Both the position numbers and the translations under genes were made by a program. A stretch of DNA of 60,075 nt. Origin: Hyphomicrobiales bacterium (GTDB lineage: Bacteria > Pseudomonadota > Alphaproteobacteria > Rhizobiales > JAKIUO01). Positions 24,401-33,032 of the stretch are shown piece by piece (position 1 is the stretch's first letter; the number at the start of each line of letters is the position of its first letter). The stretch lies in NCBI GenBank assembly GCA_027069645.1, contig JALXEI010000159.1, positions 1 through 60,075 on the forward strand. Reading direction: 5' to 3'. The notes under the pieces are model-generated. The model was not told the origin of the DNA and searched no databases. It worked only from the letters and a program-made list of their open reading frames with translations.

Positions 24401-24603
24401 TTATGACAGCCCTTGTCGCTTCGCTTGGCTTTGTTCCCATGGCCCTGGCCACTGGTGCCGGCGCAGAAGTGCAGCGCCCGCTGGCGACCGTTGTTATCGG
24501 TGGTATCCTTTCGTCTACCCTGCTCACCCTTTTTGTACTGCCTGTTCTGTATCGCCTCGTGCACCGCAGAAGTGCTCAGGAATCCCTGGTTAATAACCCG
24601 TAA
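21406..24603 (+). CDS. Heavy-metal efflux RND pump, CzcA (HME) family
   Basis: 1065 aa with 12-TM RND architecture. The TM4 motif AIDFGIIIDGAIIVVEN (22603-22653) matches the DFG-D-EN proton-relay signature of divalent-cation HME pumps rather than the CusA type. Confidence 0.9.
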   Translation: MLGHLVSFSVTQRFLVIFLAIAMAGLGIYNFIRLPIDAVPDITNVQVQINTNAPGYSPLQVEQRITFPIETSLGGLPKLDYTRSLSRYGLSQVTIVFKDGTDIYLARQLVNERIQQVRDQLPDGIEVEMGPISTGLGEIYFYTVEALPGARKKDGSPYTPTDLRTLHDWVVKPQMRTVQGVVEINAIGGYNKQYHILPDPEKLTAFGLTLHDLLRAVNRNNSNVGAGYIERNGEQYLVRSPGQVGGIKDLLDIPIGSHAGTPVRIKDVAEVEIGHELRTGAGTYNGREVVLATAVMLLGENSRAVSKRVHERLQKIKKSLPEGILIRTVYDRTHLVNKTISTVETNLMEGAALVIIILFLFLGNFRAALIAALMIPLSMLFAISGMTQYRISANLMSLGAIDFGIIIDGAIIVVENCLRLLAEKQHEKGRLLYLQERFSIVREATLQVVVPSLFGSFIIMVVYLPILTLTGVEGKMFTPMALTVVMALIGAMILSVTFVPAAVALLVTGKVAEKDNLMVRGARGLYRPALKAALANMPVVLTATFVLLGLSGLLASKLGTEFVPQLDEGDVAVQALRGPGTSLTQSVEMQRMLEKRLAKIPEVRESFARTGTSEVATDPMPPSISDGYVMLKPRKAWPDPGKPKAEVVREIQRAALEIPGSNYEISQPIQLRFNELIAGVKADIGVKIFGDDLEQLLKTANQVAAVMREIPGAADVRVERVSGLPFLTVNLDRGKLSRFGLSVADVQENIETAVGGKRAGTLFEGDRRFDIIVRLPERLRTDIDAMRNLRIPLPPLQDDADKTMVAKLYATSEGKMPRFIQLADVATIVMAPGPNQISRENSKRRIVVSANVRERDLGGFVSEAQKVIDKQIKLPPGYWVAWGGQFEQLISASRTLAVVVPVALTLIFFLLFTSLGTIKDALIVFSGVPLALTGGVAALALRGIPLSISAGIGFIALSGVAVLNGLVIISFINNLIREEGLDLDKAIFEGAMQRMRPVLMTALVASLGFVPMALATGAGAEVQRPLATVVIGGILSSTLLTLFVLPVLYRLVHRRSAQESLVNNP

Positions 24604-24632
24604 ACCCATCATACCCGTCAAGGAGAAAAAAC

Positions 24633-25175
24633 ATGACAAAAACACTCTGGTCGCTCGCAGTTCTGTTGTCTGCCACAACTCTTGTCCTCAATGCACCGGG
24701 TGCCGTTCGGGCACAGAAGGAGCATGATCATATGAAGGGACACAGTCATGAAGATGGCCACCGGCACAAGGAAGATGAACACAAAGGTTCCCATAAACAC
24801 GGAGAACATGAAGGCGCGCCCCATGAGGGACATGATAAAAAAAATGGCAAGCACGCAAAACATACATTCAAACAGTCTCATGGTGGTGTTGTGATGGAGC
24901 TGCACGACCACTACGGGGAACTCGTCACCAGTGACGGAATGATTACCCTTTACATGAGCAATCACAATGGTCACGCCATACCCGCCAAAGGCTTTTCCGC
25001 AACAGTTATGGTACTTGGTGCACAGGGGCGCCAGGGACCGATCACACTCAATGCAGCGGGAGGAAACAGGCTTAAAAGCACCAGGCCTGTCGAGACAGCT
25101 CCCGGTTCACGCATCATTGTCACGGTTAAAGATCCCGAGGGGCATATGTCTCAGGCCCGCTATCAGATAAAATAA
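24633..25175 (+). CDS. Secreted His-rich putative metal-binding protein
   Basis: Signal peptide MTKTLWSLAVLLSATTLVLNAPGAVRA, then a His/Glu/Lys-rich stretch of roughly 55 aa (KEHDHMKGHSHEDGHRHKEDEHKGSHKHGEHEGAPHEGHDKKNGKHAKH), then a beta-rich C-terminal domain. It starts 30 nt after the RND gene. Confidence 0.6.
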   Translation: MTKTLWSLAVLLSATTLVLNAPGAVRAQKEHDHMKGHSHEDGHRHKEDEHKGSHKHGEHEGAPHEGHDKKNGKHAKHTFKQSHGGVVMELHDHYGELVTSDGMITLYMSNHNGHAIPAKGFSATVMVLGAQGRQGPITLNAAGGNRLKSTRPVETAPGSRIIVTVKDPEGHMSQARYQIK

Positions 25176-25559
25176 TTCCGGTGGGGCTTAAGATTGACGG
25201 ACAAGCAAGTCGTTTCCTACCGTTATTCTCCCGCCGCCCGGAAAAACGAGTTGCCAAACTGTCATGACATACCCGATGCCTGAAACACCATCACTGTCAG
25301 CATATGTGCCAAGCGTACATAAAAAGGATCTGATAAAGCCGGCATGGCCTTTTCGCCTGCCTCCTCGCAATCTGTCTTCAGGGTCAGCCATGCAGGATTT
25401 ACAAGCGACCTTTCATGTCCCGGGAAGATGGCAATATCACGCATTGGATTGTCCGGACCGGACGAGAAGAGAACAAAAGCAATGGCGGCATTCCGGACGG
25501 GTTTATTGATAAATGCTCTCCGAAAGCCCCTCGAAACAAACTTCAGGCAGGATAAAAAT

Positions 25560-26423
25560 ATGAAATCCAGAAACTCCACTCGCGGATACATTCCAGTTCA
25601 ATCGACCCTGGTCTTGTTGGCATTCTCTTTTCTGGTACTGGTTCCAGTCCCCTGTGCCAATGCGCAAGAGGGGGAAACCATTGTCGGACGGATCGTCGCC
25701 TGGCGTAGTGGAAAGGTCTCCACGCAGGTTCCCGGTCTTGTCAGGGAGCTGCGTGTCAGAGTTGGTGACAAGGTCAAAAAAGGTGATGTGCTCGCCGTTT
25801 TTGATACGTCCCAGCTCCTCCAGGATGTTGCCAGAGCAGAAGGAGAACTGGCTGCCGCACGTGCGAAACTGAAAATCGCGATTGCCAGAGAAAGTCTCAA
25901 AGAGAAAATATATACACGTCAAAAGAAGCTTAAAAGGACATCGGCCTTTCGTTCAGCGACCTATGAAGAAGCTGCCCTGAATTTAACAATAGAAAAAGCC
26001 GGGGTATTGGCTGCCCGAGCACAGGTCGTGATCCAGGAAGCCAATGTTGCACGAAAAAAACTGGATATCAAACTATCGACAGTTCGCGCTCCCTATGACG
26101 GCATCATCACGCGCCTTTTCACACAGGAAGGAGCTTTCGTGATCCCGGAGGACCCGCATATCATCGAACTTGTTGACGACAATTCCCTCGAAATAGAAGT
26201 CGATATTCCGGTGAGATATATTCATTTCATGAAACCGGGGCAGACTGTAGATTTCAGCCTTGACGGAAAAACATATAAAGCAAGACTACGGACCATTCTT
26301 GCGAATGTTAATCCTCATTCGCAGACCCGTGCCGTTCGTTTCAAACCTCTTGATATTCGTTTGCTGAAACGCCATGCTGTCGGACAGAATACAGATGTTG
26401 TCATTCCCGATGCGCACAAATAG
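25560..26423 (+). CDS. HlyD/efflux-adaptor family periplasmic protein (orphan)
   Basis: From the ATG at 25560 (MKSRNST...): a TM/signal segment, a lipoyl-like motif (GDKVKKGDVLAVFD), a coiled-coil hairpin (AEGELAAARAKLKIA...ARAQVVIQEANVARKKLD) and VRAPYDGIITRL, typical of membrane-fusion proteins. No cognate pump gene lies adjacent. Confidence 0.7.
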   Translation: MKSRNSTRGYIPVQSTLVLLAFSFLVLVPVPCANAQEGETIVGRIVAWRSGKVSTQVPGLVRELRVRVGDKVKKGDVLAVFDTSQLLQDVARAEGELAAARAKLKIAIARESLKEKIYTRQKKLKRTSAFRSATYEEAALNLTIEKAGVLAARAQVVIQEANVARKKLDIKLSTVRAPYDGIITRLFTQEGAFVIPEDPHIIELVDDNSLEIEVDIPVRYIHFMKPGQTVDFSLDGKTYKARLRTILANVNPHSQTRAVRFKPLDIRLLKRHAVGQNTDVVIPDAHK

Positions 26424-26681
26424 CATCCGAACAGGATGTGCAGGCAGGGAATGTGTTATGGCAAATCTGCCATCAGGGGCATCGATTTCCGCGGCCTCTT
26501 TGCCCGGGAAAGCCTCTGCACAGGCGTCCGGTATTGATGGCTTCAAAGATAATGCCGGTGTTATTCCAACACAGAAATAAAAAATATATGATATTAACCC
26601 GATGTGGTGGCTTGAAAATACGCCGGGAAATATGGCAAGTCAAAACTTTCAGGTCAATACAGGGCCTGAACCAGGATAAAC

Positions 26682-26758
26682 TGGCGGGAGTGACGGGACT
26701 CGAACCCGCGACCTCTGGCGTGACAGGCCAGCGCTCTAACCAACTGAGCTACACCCCC
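26682..26758 (-). tRNA. tRNA-Asp: tRNA-Asp (GUC)
   Basis: Reverse complement: GGGGGTGTAGCTCAGTTGGTTAGAGCGCTGGCCTGTCACGCCAGAGGTCGCGGGTTCGAGTCCCGTCACTCCCGCCA. Anticodon loop CTGTCAC, discriminator G, encoded CCA. Confidence 0.92.
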
Positions 26759-26862
26759 TCTTGGTGTTATTCCAAATGGTAACTGCACCGATGTATGACA
26801 GGCATCGGAACAAGTCAAGCACTCAAATCATCCGATTCAGGGTTTCTTCAACAGAAGATATC

Positions 26863-26938
26863 TGGTGGGCGGTGAGAGGTTCGAACTCCCGACCCCCTCG
26901 GTGTAAACGAGGTGCTCTTCCAGCTGAGCTAACCGCCC
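26863..26938 (-). tRNA. tRNA-Val: tRNA-Val (UAC)
   Basis: Reverse complement: GGGCGGTTAGCTCAGCTGGAAGAGCACCTCGTTTACACCGAGGGGGTCGGGAGTTCGAACCTCTCACCGCCCACCA. Anticodon loop TTTACAC. Confidence 0.92.
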
Positions 26939-27113
26939 GGGAACACGGAAACATACTATCAATTCTGACCAAATAGCAAGCCTTGGGTATCTTTTCCCAC
27001 GAACAATTTTCTGTTCCTGCGATGACCGGGATAACAAACGGTGGTTCCAAAAGCATCGGGGCAGCCGAAAGGATCGCCTGCCCCGGATTCTGCGATAATT
27101 GTTCCTGATCGCC

Positions 27114-27389
27114 TCAGGAGTTCACGGCTTCACGAAGGGCCTTGCCAGCTTTGAATTTGGGTACCTTCGCGGCCGGAACGGTCATGGGTTTGCCAGTGGA
27201 AGGGTTGCGGCGGACCGATTCCTTGCGGTCAGCAACCTGGAAGCTTCCAAAGCCGATTATTCTCACTTCATCCCCCTTCTTCAGGGTTTTTTCGATTGTA
27301 GCAAAGGTTGCTTCAATAGCTTCCGCTGCATCAGTCTTAGAGATATTGGCCTCATCGGCAACACTTGCGATCAGTTCTGTTTTGTTCAT
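27114..27389 (-). CDS. hupB: HU family DNA-binding protein
   Basis: 91 aa, MNKTELIASVADEANISKTDAAEAIEATF...GFGSFQVADRKESVRRNPSTGKPMTVPAAKVPKFKAGKAL, the canonical HU fold sequence. Confidence 0.92.
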   Translation of the reverse strand: MNKTELIASVADEANISKTDAAEAIEATFATIEKTLKKGDEVRIIGFGSFQVADRKESVRRNPSTGKPMTVPAAKVPKFKAGKALREAVNS

Positions 27390-27825
27390 AACGAATTTCC
27401 TGTTGGCTGTTTAGCTTTCCTGATTCGACGCATACATTGTCAAAGCCCATATTCATGGGGGTTTTGGGGTTAATTGCAAGCTATTTTCCCGACTTAGTAA
27501 CAATTCCGGTCTTCCGGAACGGGGATTTTGAAGCTATCTGTGGAAATAGAAGGTTTGGTATCATCAGCCCTTGAAAATCATGTTTTGAAGACCATCTTGT
27601 GACAGGTTTCAGGGAAAAGGCTGCCTCACAGCTTTTTGCCCGACCATGCCGGGTTGGCAAATGCATGACTTTTATAATAGGGTCTTTAGTCCCCCTGCCC
27701 CGAACAGGCACAACGCAGAGCCGGAGGCAGACCGAACATCCTGAATTCGACGCCACCAACCCTGCGATTTCCCGGACGGCTCGCCAAAACAGATGATTTT
27801 CCGCAATGTGGCGAGCCATTCAAGG

Positions 27826-30294
27826 CTAGTGAGGAAGGACATTCTTCGCCGGATCATCCTCGTCGATATTTTTTGAGGAAGTGTCATCTGAATCTTCTTC
27901 CCATTTGACGGGAACAAGCTCTCTTGTGAGTGCAATTTTCAGAACCTCATCAATATGGGTAACGGGTATGATTTCCAGGCCGTTTTTAACATTGTCAGGA
28001 ATCTCGACAAGATCCTTGGCATTTTCCTCGGGAATCAGCACTGTTTTTATTCCACCACGCAGGGCTGCGAGCAGTTTTTCCTTTAGACCACCAATCGGTA
28101 ACACGCGCCCGCGCAGGGTGATTTCACCGGTCATGGCAATATCCTTGCGAATGGGAATACCTGTCATGACAGATACGATCGCGGTGGTCATGGCGACACC
28201 GGCAGACGGGCCGTCTTTAGGCGTCGCTCCCTCCGGAACATGGACATGAATATTGCGTTTGTCGAACATCGGCGGTTCAATTCCAAAGTCGATGGCCCTT
28301 GAACGGACATAGGCGTTGGCGGCCTGGATGGATTCCTTCATAACATCACGCAAATTGCCGGTAACCGTCATGTTGCCCTTTCCCGGCATCATGACACCCT
28401 CAATGGTCAGCAACTCTCCGCCCACCTCCGTCCAGGCCAGACCGGTTACCACACCAACCATGTCTTCGCGTTCGGCTTCGCCATAACGGTATTTTGGAAC
28501 GCCGAGATAGTCTGGCAGGTTTTTAGCCGTAATCTTTATGCTCTTCTTGCCATCCAGCAAAATCTCCTTGACGGATTTGCGGGCCAGTTTGGCGATTTCA
28601 CGTTCCAGGTTACGGACACCTGCCTCTCGTGTATACAGTCGGATGATGTCACGCAGAGCATCGTCACTGACACGCCACTCCTCATCTTTCAAACCATGTC
28701 CCTTTTGCTGGGCAGGAACAAGATGCTGCCTTGCGATTTCGATCTTTTCATCTTCCGTATAGCCCGACAAACGAATTATCTCCATCCGGTCCATAAGTGC
28801 CGGAGGAATATTAAGCGTGTTGGCTGTCGTTACAAACATGACATTGGAGAGATCATAATCCACTTCCAGATAATGATCACTGAATGTGTTGTTTTGTTCC
28901 GGGTCGAGAACCTCAAGCAGCGCCGAAGAAGGGTCACCCCTGAAATCGGCCCCCATCTTGTCGATCTCGTCAAGCAGGAACAGCGGGTTGGTTTTTTTTG
29001 CCTTGCGCATCGACTGGATGACTTTGCCCGGCATGGACCCGATATAGGTACGCCTGTGCCCACGAATTTCCGCTTCGTCCCGCACACCGCCGAGCGACAT
29101 GCGAACAAATTCGCGCCCTGTTGCATTGGCTATCGATTTACCGAGTGACGTTTTGCCAACCCCGGGAGGGCCGACCAGGCACAATACAGGCCCTTTCAGC
29201 TTGTTGACGCGCTGCTGAACGGCCAGATATTCAATGATGCGCTCCTTGACCTTTTCCAGCCCGTAATGTTCGGCGTCAAGAATCTTCTGTGCCTCGGCCA
29301 GGTCCTTCTTGATGCGTCCCTTTACGCCCCAGGGAATACCCAGCAACCAGTCAAGATAATTGCGGACGACTGTCGCCTCGGCTGACATGGGACTCATCTG
29401 GCGAAGTTTCTTGAGCTCTGCCAGCGCCTTGTCCCGCGCTTCCTTGCTCAGCTTGGTTTTACCGATCTTTTCCTCAAATTCGGCGATATCATCGCGCCCG
29501 TCATCACCATCCCCCAGTTCTTTCTGGATGGCTTTCATCTGCTCGTTGAGATAATATTCGCGCTGGGTTTTTTCCATCTGACGCTTGACGCGGGAGCGAA
29601 TCTTCTTTTCCACCTGCAAGACGGAAATTTCACTTTCCATCAGACCATAGATTTTTTCAAGGCGCTTGCTGATGTCATTTATCTCAAGGATTTCCTGTTT
29701 TTCGGCAATCTTGATTGAAAGATGGGACGTGATGGTATCGGCAAGTTTTGAATAGTCCTCGATCTGACTGACAGTTGCGAGAACCTCGCGTGCAATTTTT
29801 TTATTCAGTTTGACATAGTTTTCAAATTGCGTGACGACAGAGCGCGCCAAAGCTTCTATTTCCTTGTCGCCTTCAACTTTCTCTTCTACAAATTCGACAA
29901 CGGCTTCATAATAGTCTTCATTGTCTGTATAACTCATGATGGTTGCGCGCGGTCCACCCTCGACCAGCACCTTGACTGTTCCGTCAGGGAGTTTGAGCAT
30001 CTGCAAAACAGTGGCAACAATCCCGGTTTGATAGATCTCGTCATATCCCGGATCATCATCCGCTGCATTTTTCTGAGCCGCCAGAACAATTTTCTTATTG
30101 CTGTCCTTAACCTTGTCGAGCGCGTTTATCGACTTCTCGCGCCCCACGAACAAGGGCACAATCATATAGGGAAACACAACAATATCCCGGAGGGGAAGAA
30201 CCGGAAAAATCGTTTGCTCTTCATCCTGTTCCGGTTGATTATCAATATCCATAAACTTCTTCTTCCCTTTTGGTTTTAACCGGGTTTCTGCCAT
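27826..30294 (-). CDS. lon: ATP-dependent Lon protease
   Basis: 822 aa with Walker A GPPGVGKTS and the protease active-site region DGPSAGVAMTTAIVS. An alternative start at 30252 (MDIDNQ) has a better purine-rich SD. Confidence 0.93.
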   Translation of the reverse strand: MAETRLKPKGKKKFMDIDNQPEQDEEQTIFPVLPLRDIVVFPYMIVPLFVGREKSINALDKVKDSNKKIVLAAQKNAADDDPGYDEIYQTGIVATVLQMLKLPDGTVKVLVEGGPRATIMSYTDNEDYYEAVVEFVEEKVEGDKEIEALARSVVTQFENYVKLNKKIAREVLATVSQIEDYSKLADTITSHLSIKIAEKQEILEINDISKRLEKIYGLMESEISVLQVEKKIRSRVKRQMEKTQREYYLNEQMKAIQKELGDGDDGRDDIAEFEEKIGKTKLSKEARDKALAELKKLRQMSPMSAEATVVRNYLDWLLGIPWGVKGRIKKDLAEAQKILDAEHYGLEKVKERIIEYLAVQQRVNKLKGPVLCLVGPPGVGKTSLGKSIANATGREFVRMSLGGVRDEAEIRGHRRTYIGSMPGKVIQSMRKAKKTNPLFLLDEIDKMGADFRGDPSSALLEVLDPEQNNTFSDHYLEVDYDLSNVMFVTTANTLNIPPALMDRMEIIRLSGYTEDEKIEIARQHLVPAQQKGHGLKDEEWRVSDDALRDIIRLYTREAGVRNLEREIAKLARKSVKEILLDGKKSIKITAKNLPDYLGVPKYRYGEAEREDMVGVVTGLAWTEVGGELLTIEGVMMPGKGNMTVTGNLRDVMKESIQAANAYVRSRAIDFGIEPPMFDKRNIHVHVPEGATPKDGPSAGVAMTTAIVSVMTGIPIRKDIAMTGEITLRGRVLPIGGLKEKLLAALRGGIKTVLIPEENAKDLVEIPDNVKNGLEIIPVTHIDEVLKIALTRELVPVKWEEDSDDTSSKNIDEDDPAKNVLPH

Positions 30295-30375
30295 AGCGAC
30301 TATATTACTGCACCGGGTGCAGGAGGGGCTTTCCTTGACAAACAGCCGATTTCGTTTGGTTACATATTCGAATAC

Positions 30376-30405
30376 AAAGTGGGGCCAGGAACATCATATT
30401 CCAAG
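30376..30405 (-). promoter_or_regulatory. Putative sigma-32 (RpoH) heat-shock promoter of lon
   Basis: The minus strand reads CTTGGAA-(14 nt)-CCCCACTTT, compared with the consensus CTTGAAA-N13-15-CCCCATNT. It lies about 75 nt upstream of the lon ATG. Confidence 0.55.
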
Positions 30406-30507
30406 CCCCTTACCATAAAAAAATAACTCAACAGTCCTGCTTTTCGGGATGAAACCGACAATTCCCGGTTTTTGAACCATAGCAAATTCTGTTTCGTGTT
30501 GTTTATA

Positions 30508-31782
30508 TCAGGCACTTGATTCGACATCATCCTTGCGTTTTCCCGCATCTGAATAAATACGCAGAGGCCGCGCTGTCCCTTCGACAACATCGGGAGATAT
30601 CACGACTTCAACCACTCCATCCAGCCCGGGCAGATCAAACATGGTATCAAGCAGGATTGTCTCCAGAATGGAGCGCAGACCACGGGCCCCGGTTTTGCGT
30701 TCGATAGCCCGGCGCGCGATAGCGATCAACGCGTCATCCGAAAACGTCAGCTTTACATCTTCCATCTCAAACATGCGCTGATACTGCTTGACCAGGGCAT
30801 TGCGTGGTTTGGAAAGGATCTGCACAAGGGCATTTTCATCAAGGTCTTCCAGTGTGGCGAACACCGGCACACGGCCGATAAACTCGGGAATGAGACCAAA
30901 TCCAAGCAAGTCTTCAGGTTCAACCTGTCGTAAAATTTCGCCCATACGACGATCATCATCGGCCTCGACTGTCGCGCCGAAGCCAATGCTGGTACTAACG
31001 CCACGTCGGGAAATAATCTTCTCAAGCCCGGCAAAGGCCCCCCCGCAAATAAACAGAATATTCGTGGTATCAACCTGTAGAAATTCCTGCTGGGGATGCT
31101 TGCGCCCCCCCTGCGGTGGCACACTGGCAACGGTCCCTTCCATGATTTTCAGCAAGGCCTGCTGCACGCCTTCACCGGATACATCGCGCGTAATGGATGG
31201 ATTGTCCGATTTTCGCGATATCTTGTCGACTTCATCAATATAGACGATCCCGCGCTGTGCACGGTCCACATTGTAATCAGCCGCCTGCAAAAGTTTCAAA
31301 ATGATGTTTTCGACATCTTCTCCAACATAGCCGGCTTCTGTCAGCGTGGTAGCATCTGCCATTGTAAAGGGCACATCCAGAATACGCGCCAGAGTCTGAG
31401 CGAGCAAAGTTTTGCCGCATCCGGTCGGGCCAACCAGGAGAATATTCGATTTGGCCAGTTCAACATCGTTGTTCTTGCTGGCATGATTGAGACGCTTGTA
31501 ATGATTATGAACGGCAACGGAAAGAACCCGTTTCGCATAGTCCTGCCCGATGACGTAATCATCAAGGACCTGGCAAATCTCCAGTGGCGTTGGCACGCCG
31601 CCGTTGGACTTGACAACGGCATTTTTGTTTTCTTCACGGATGATATCCATGCACAGCTCAACGCATTCATCACAGATAAATACCGTCGGCCCGGCAATCA
31701 GTTTACGAACTTCATGCTGGCTTTTGCCGCAAAAGGAACAATAAAGTGTATTTTTGGAATCTTTGCTGCCGGATTTGCTCAT
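30508..31782 (-). CDS. clpX: ATP-dependent Clp protease ATP-binding subunit ClpX
   Basis: N-terminal zinc-binding [26 protein letters not shown], Walker A GPTGCGKT, 424 aa. Confidence 0.95.
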   Translation of the reverse strand: MSKSGSKDSKNTLYCSFCGKSQHEVRKLIAGPTVFICDECVELCMDIIREENKNAVVKSNGGVPTPLEICQVLDDYVIGQDYAKRVLSVAVHNHYKRLNHASKNNDVELAKSNILLVGPTGCGKTLLAQTLARILDVPFTMADATTLTEAGYVGEDVENIILKLLQAADYNVDRAQRGIVYIDEVDKISRKSDNPSITRDVSGEGVQQALLKIMEGTVASVPPQGGRKHPQQEFLQVDTTNILFICGGAFAGLEKIISRRGVSTSIGFGATVEADDDRRMGEILRQVEPEDLLGFGLIPEFIGRVPVFATLEDLDENALVQILSKPRNALVKQYQRMFEMEDVKLTFSDDALIAIARRAIERKTGARGLRSILETILLDTMFDLPGLDGVVEVVISPDVVEGTARPLRIYSDAGKRKDDVESSA

Positions 31783-32160
31783 ATGTTATTCCACGTTCCT
31801 TTTTCTATCACCTGACCGTTGTTGATCCGAACAGGTTCTGTTTCTTGCCGGTTGCAGAAATGCCATCGCCCTGAACGGCACCAGGTCATGACCTGACATG
31901 CCCCGCGAGGCATGCCCCCGCCCGGTATTCCTGTGCCATTTCAACCCAAACACCACAACATTCCCTTAACAGTCCTGCAAAGGGTAGAAATATCCCGTCT
32001 GCCTGAGACCATAAAGGCTGAACGGGTATGATGGCAAGAAATTAACAGCCTCCCCTGTCTTTTTTCGTTCTGCTGTTGTTCCCTTGACTTTTATCATGGA
32101 AACAAATTCCATCTATTTCGAGGCAGGAATATCACATTGTTGTGGCTTCGCATGTTCCTG

Positions 32161-32799
32161 CTAGCTTTCCTGGTCTTCCGAAACCGGTTCGCGCTTCGTC
32201 AAAACCTGATCAATCAGCCCGAACTCCTTCGCTTCCTCGGCGGTCATGAAATGGTCGCGATCAAGGGTTTTTTCAATCGTATCGTAATCGTTCCCGGTAT
32301 GTTTGACATAGGTCTCGTTAAGGCGCCGTTTCATTTTCACAATATCTTCGGCATGCCGTTCGATATCACTGACCTGCCCCTGAAAACCGCCTGAGGGCTG
32401 ATGAACCATGATCCGGGCATTGGGCAGTGCAAACCGCATGTCCTTGTCTCCGGCGCAAAGCAGCAGGGAGCCCATCGAAGCCGCCTGCCCTGTGCAAAGC
32501 GTTGAAACGGCGGGACGTATGAACTGCATGGTATCATAAATAGCCATCCCCGAAGTCACGACGCCTCCAGGGGAGTTGATATACATGGAAATTTCCTTTT
32601 TGGGATTTTCAGCTTCCAGAAACAGCAACTGGGCGGTCACCAGCATGGCCATATTGTCCTCGACAGGCCCGGTAAGAAAGATGATCCGCTCCTTGAGAAG
32701 ACGTGAAAATATGTCATAGGAGCGCTCGCCCCGATTGGTCTGTTCTACAACCATCGGAACGAGCGTGTTCATATAGAGGTCTACTGGGTCGCGCATCAT
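32161..32799 (-). CDS. clpP: ATP-dependent Clp protease proteolytic subunit
   Basis: From the ATG at 32799/32796 ([35 protein letters not shown]), preceded by a GGGAGA SD. It has the catalytic GQAASMGS motif. The 257-aa ORF extension was rejected. Confidence 0.92.
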   Translation of the reverse strand: MMRDPVDLYMNTLVPMVVEQTNRGERSYDIFSRLLKERIIFLTGPVEDNMAMLVTAQLLFLEAENPKKEISMYINSPGGVVTSGMAIYDTMQFIRPAVSTLCTGQAASMGSLLLCAGDKDMRFALPNARIMVHQPSGGFQGQVSDIERHAEDIVKMKRRLNETYVKHTGNDYDTIEKTLDRDHFMTAEEAKEFGLIDQVLTKREPVSEDQES

Positions 32800-33032
32800 C
32801 TGTCTCCCTGGATAATGTTTCGAAACGCAATTGCGTCCGATGATATCGACTGTGAAATGTCCTGTTGTCTGTCTGAGTAACAGATTCCCCCCACAGAACA
32901 ATATGAAAAAAGGCCGGTTGTTGGCAAAAGACATCCCGTCAGGGGAATGAAGAGGGCATTCGCAAATCGGGAATCGCTACCTGAAAAGGCATTGCGCCCC
33001 CCCGAACGCGACACCCTCCAGCGGTTCGTAAC

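Noticed and set aside
27599..27830. Possible SRP (4.5S) RNA or other known sRNA in the hupB-lon spacer
   Set aside because: I looked for the conserved GGUCCGGAAGGAAGCAGCC-type SRP domain IV motif on both strands. Only a weak partial resemblance (GTCCGGGAAATCGCAG) was found, which is not convincing.
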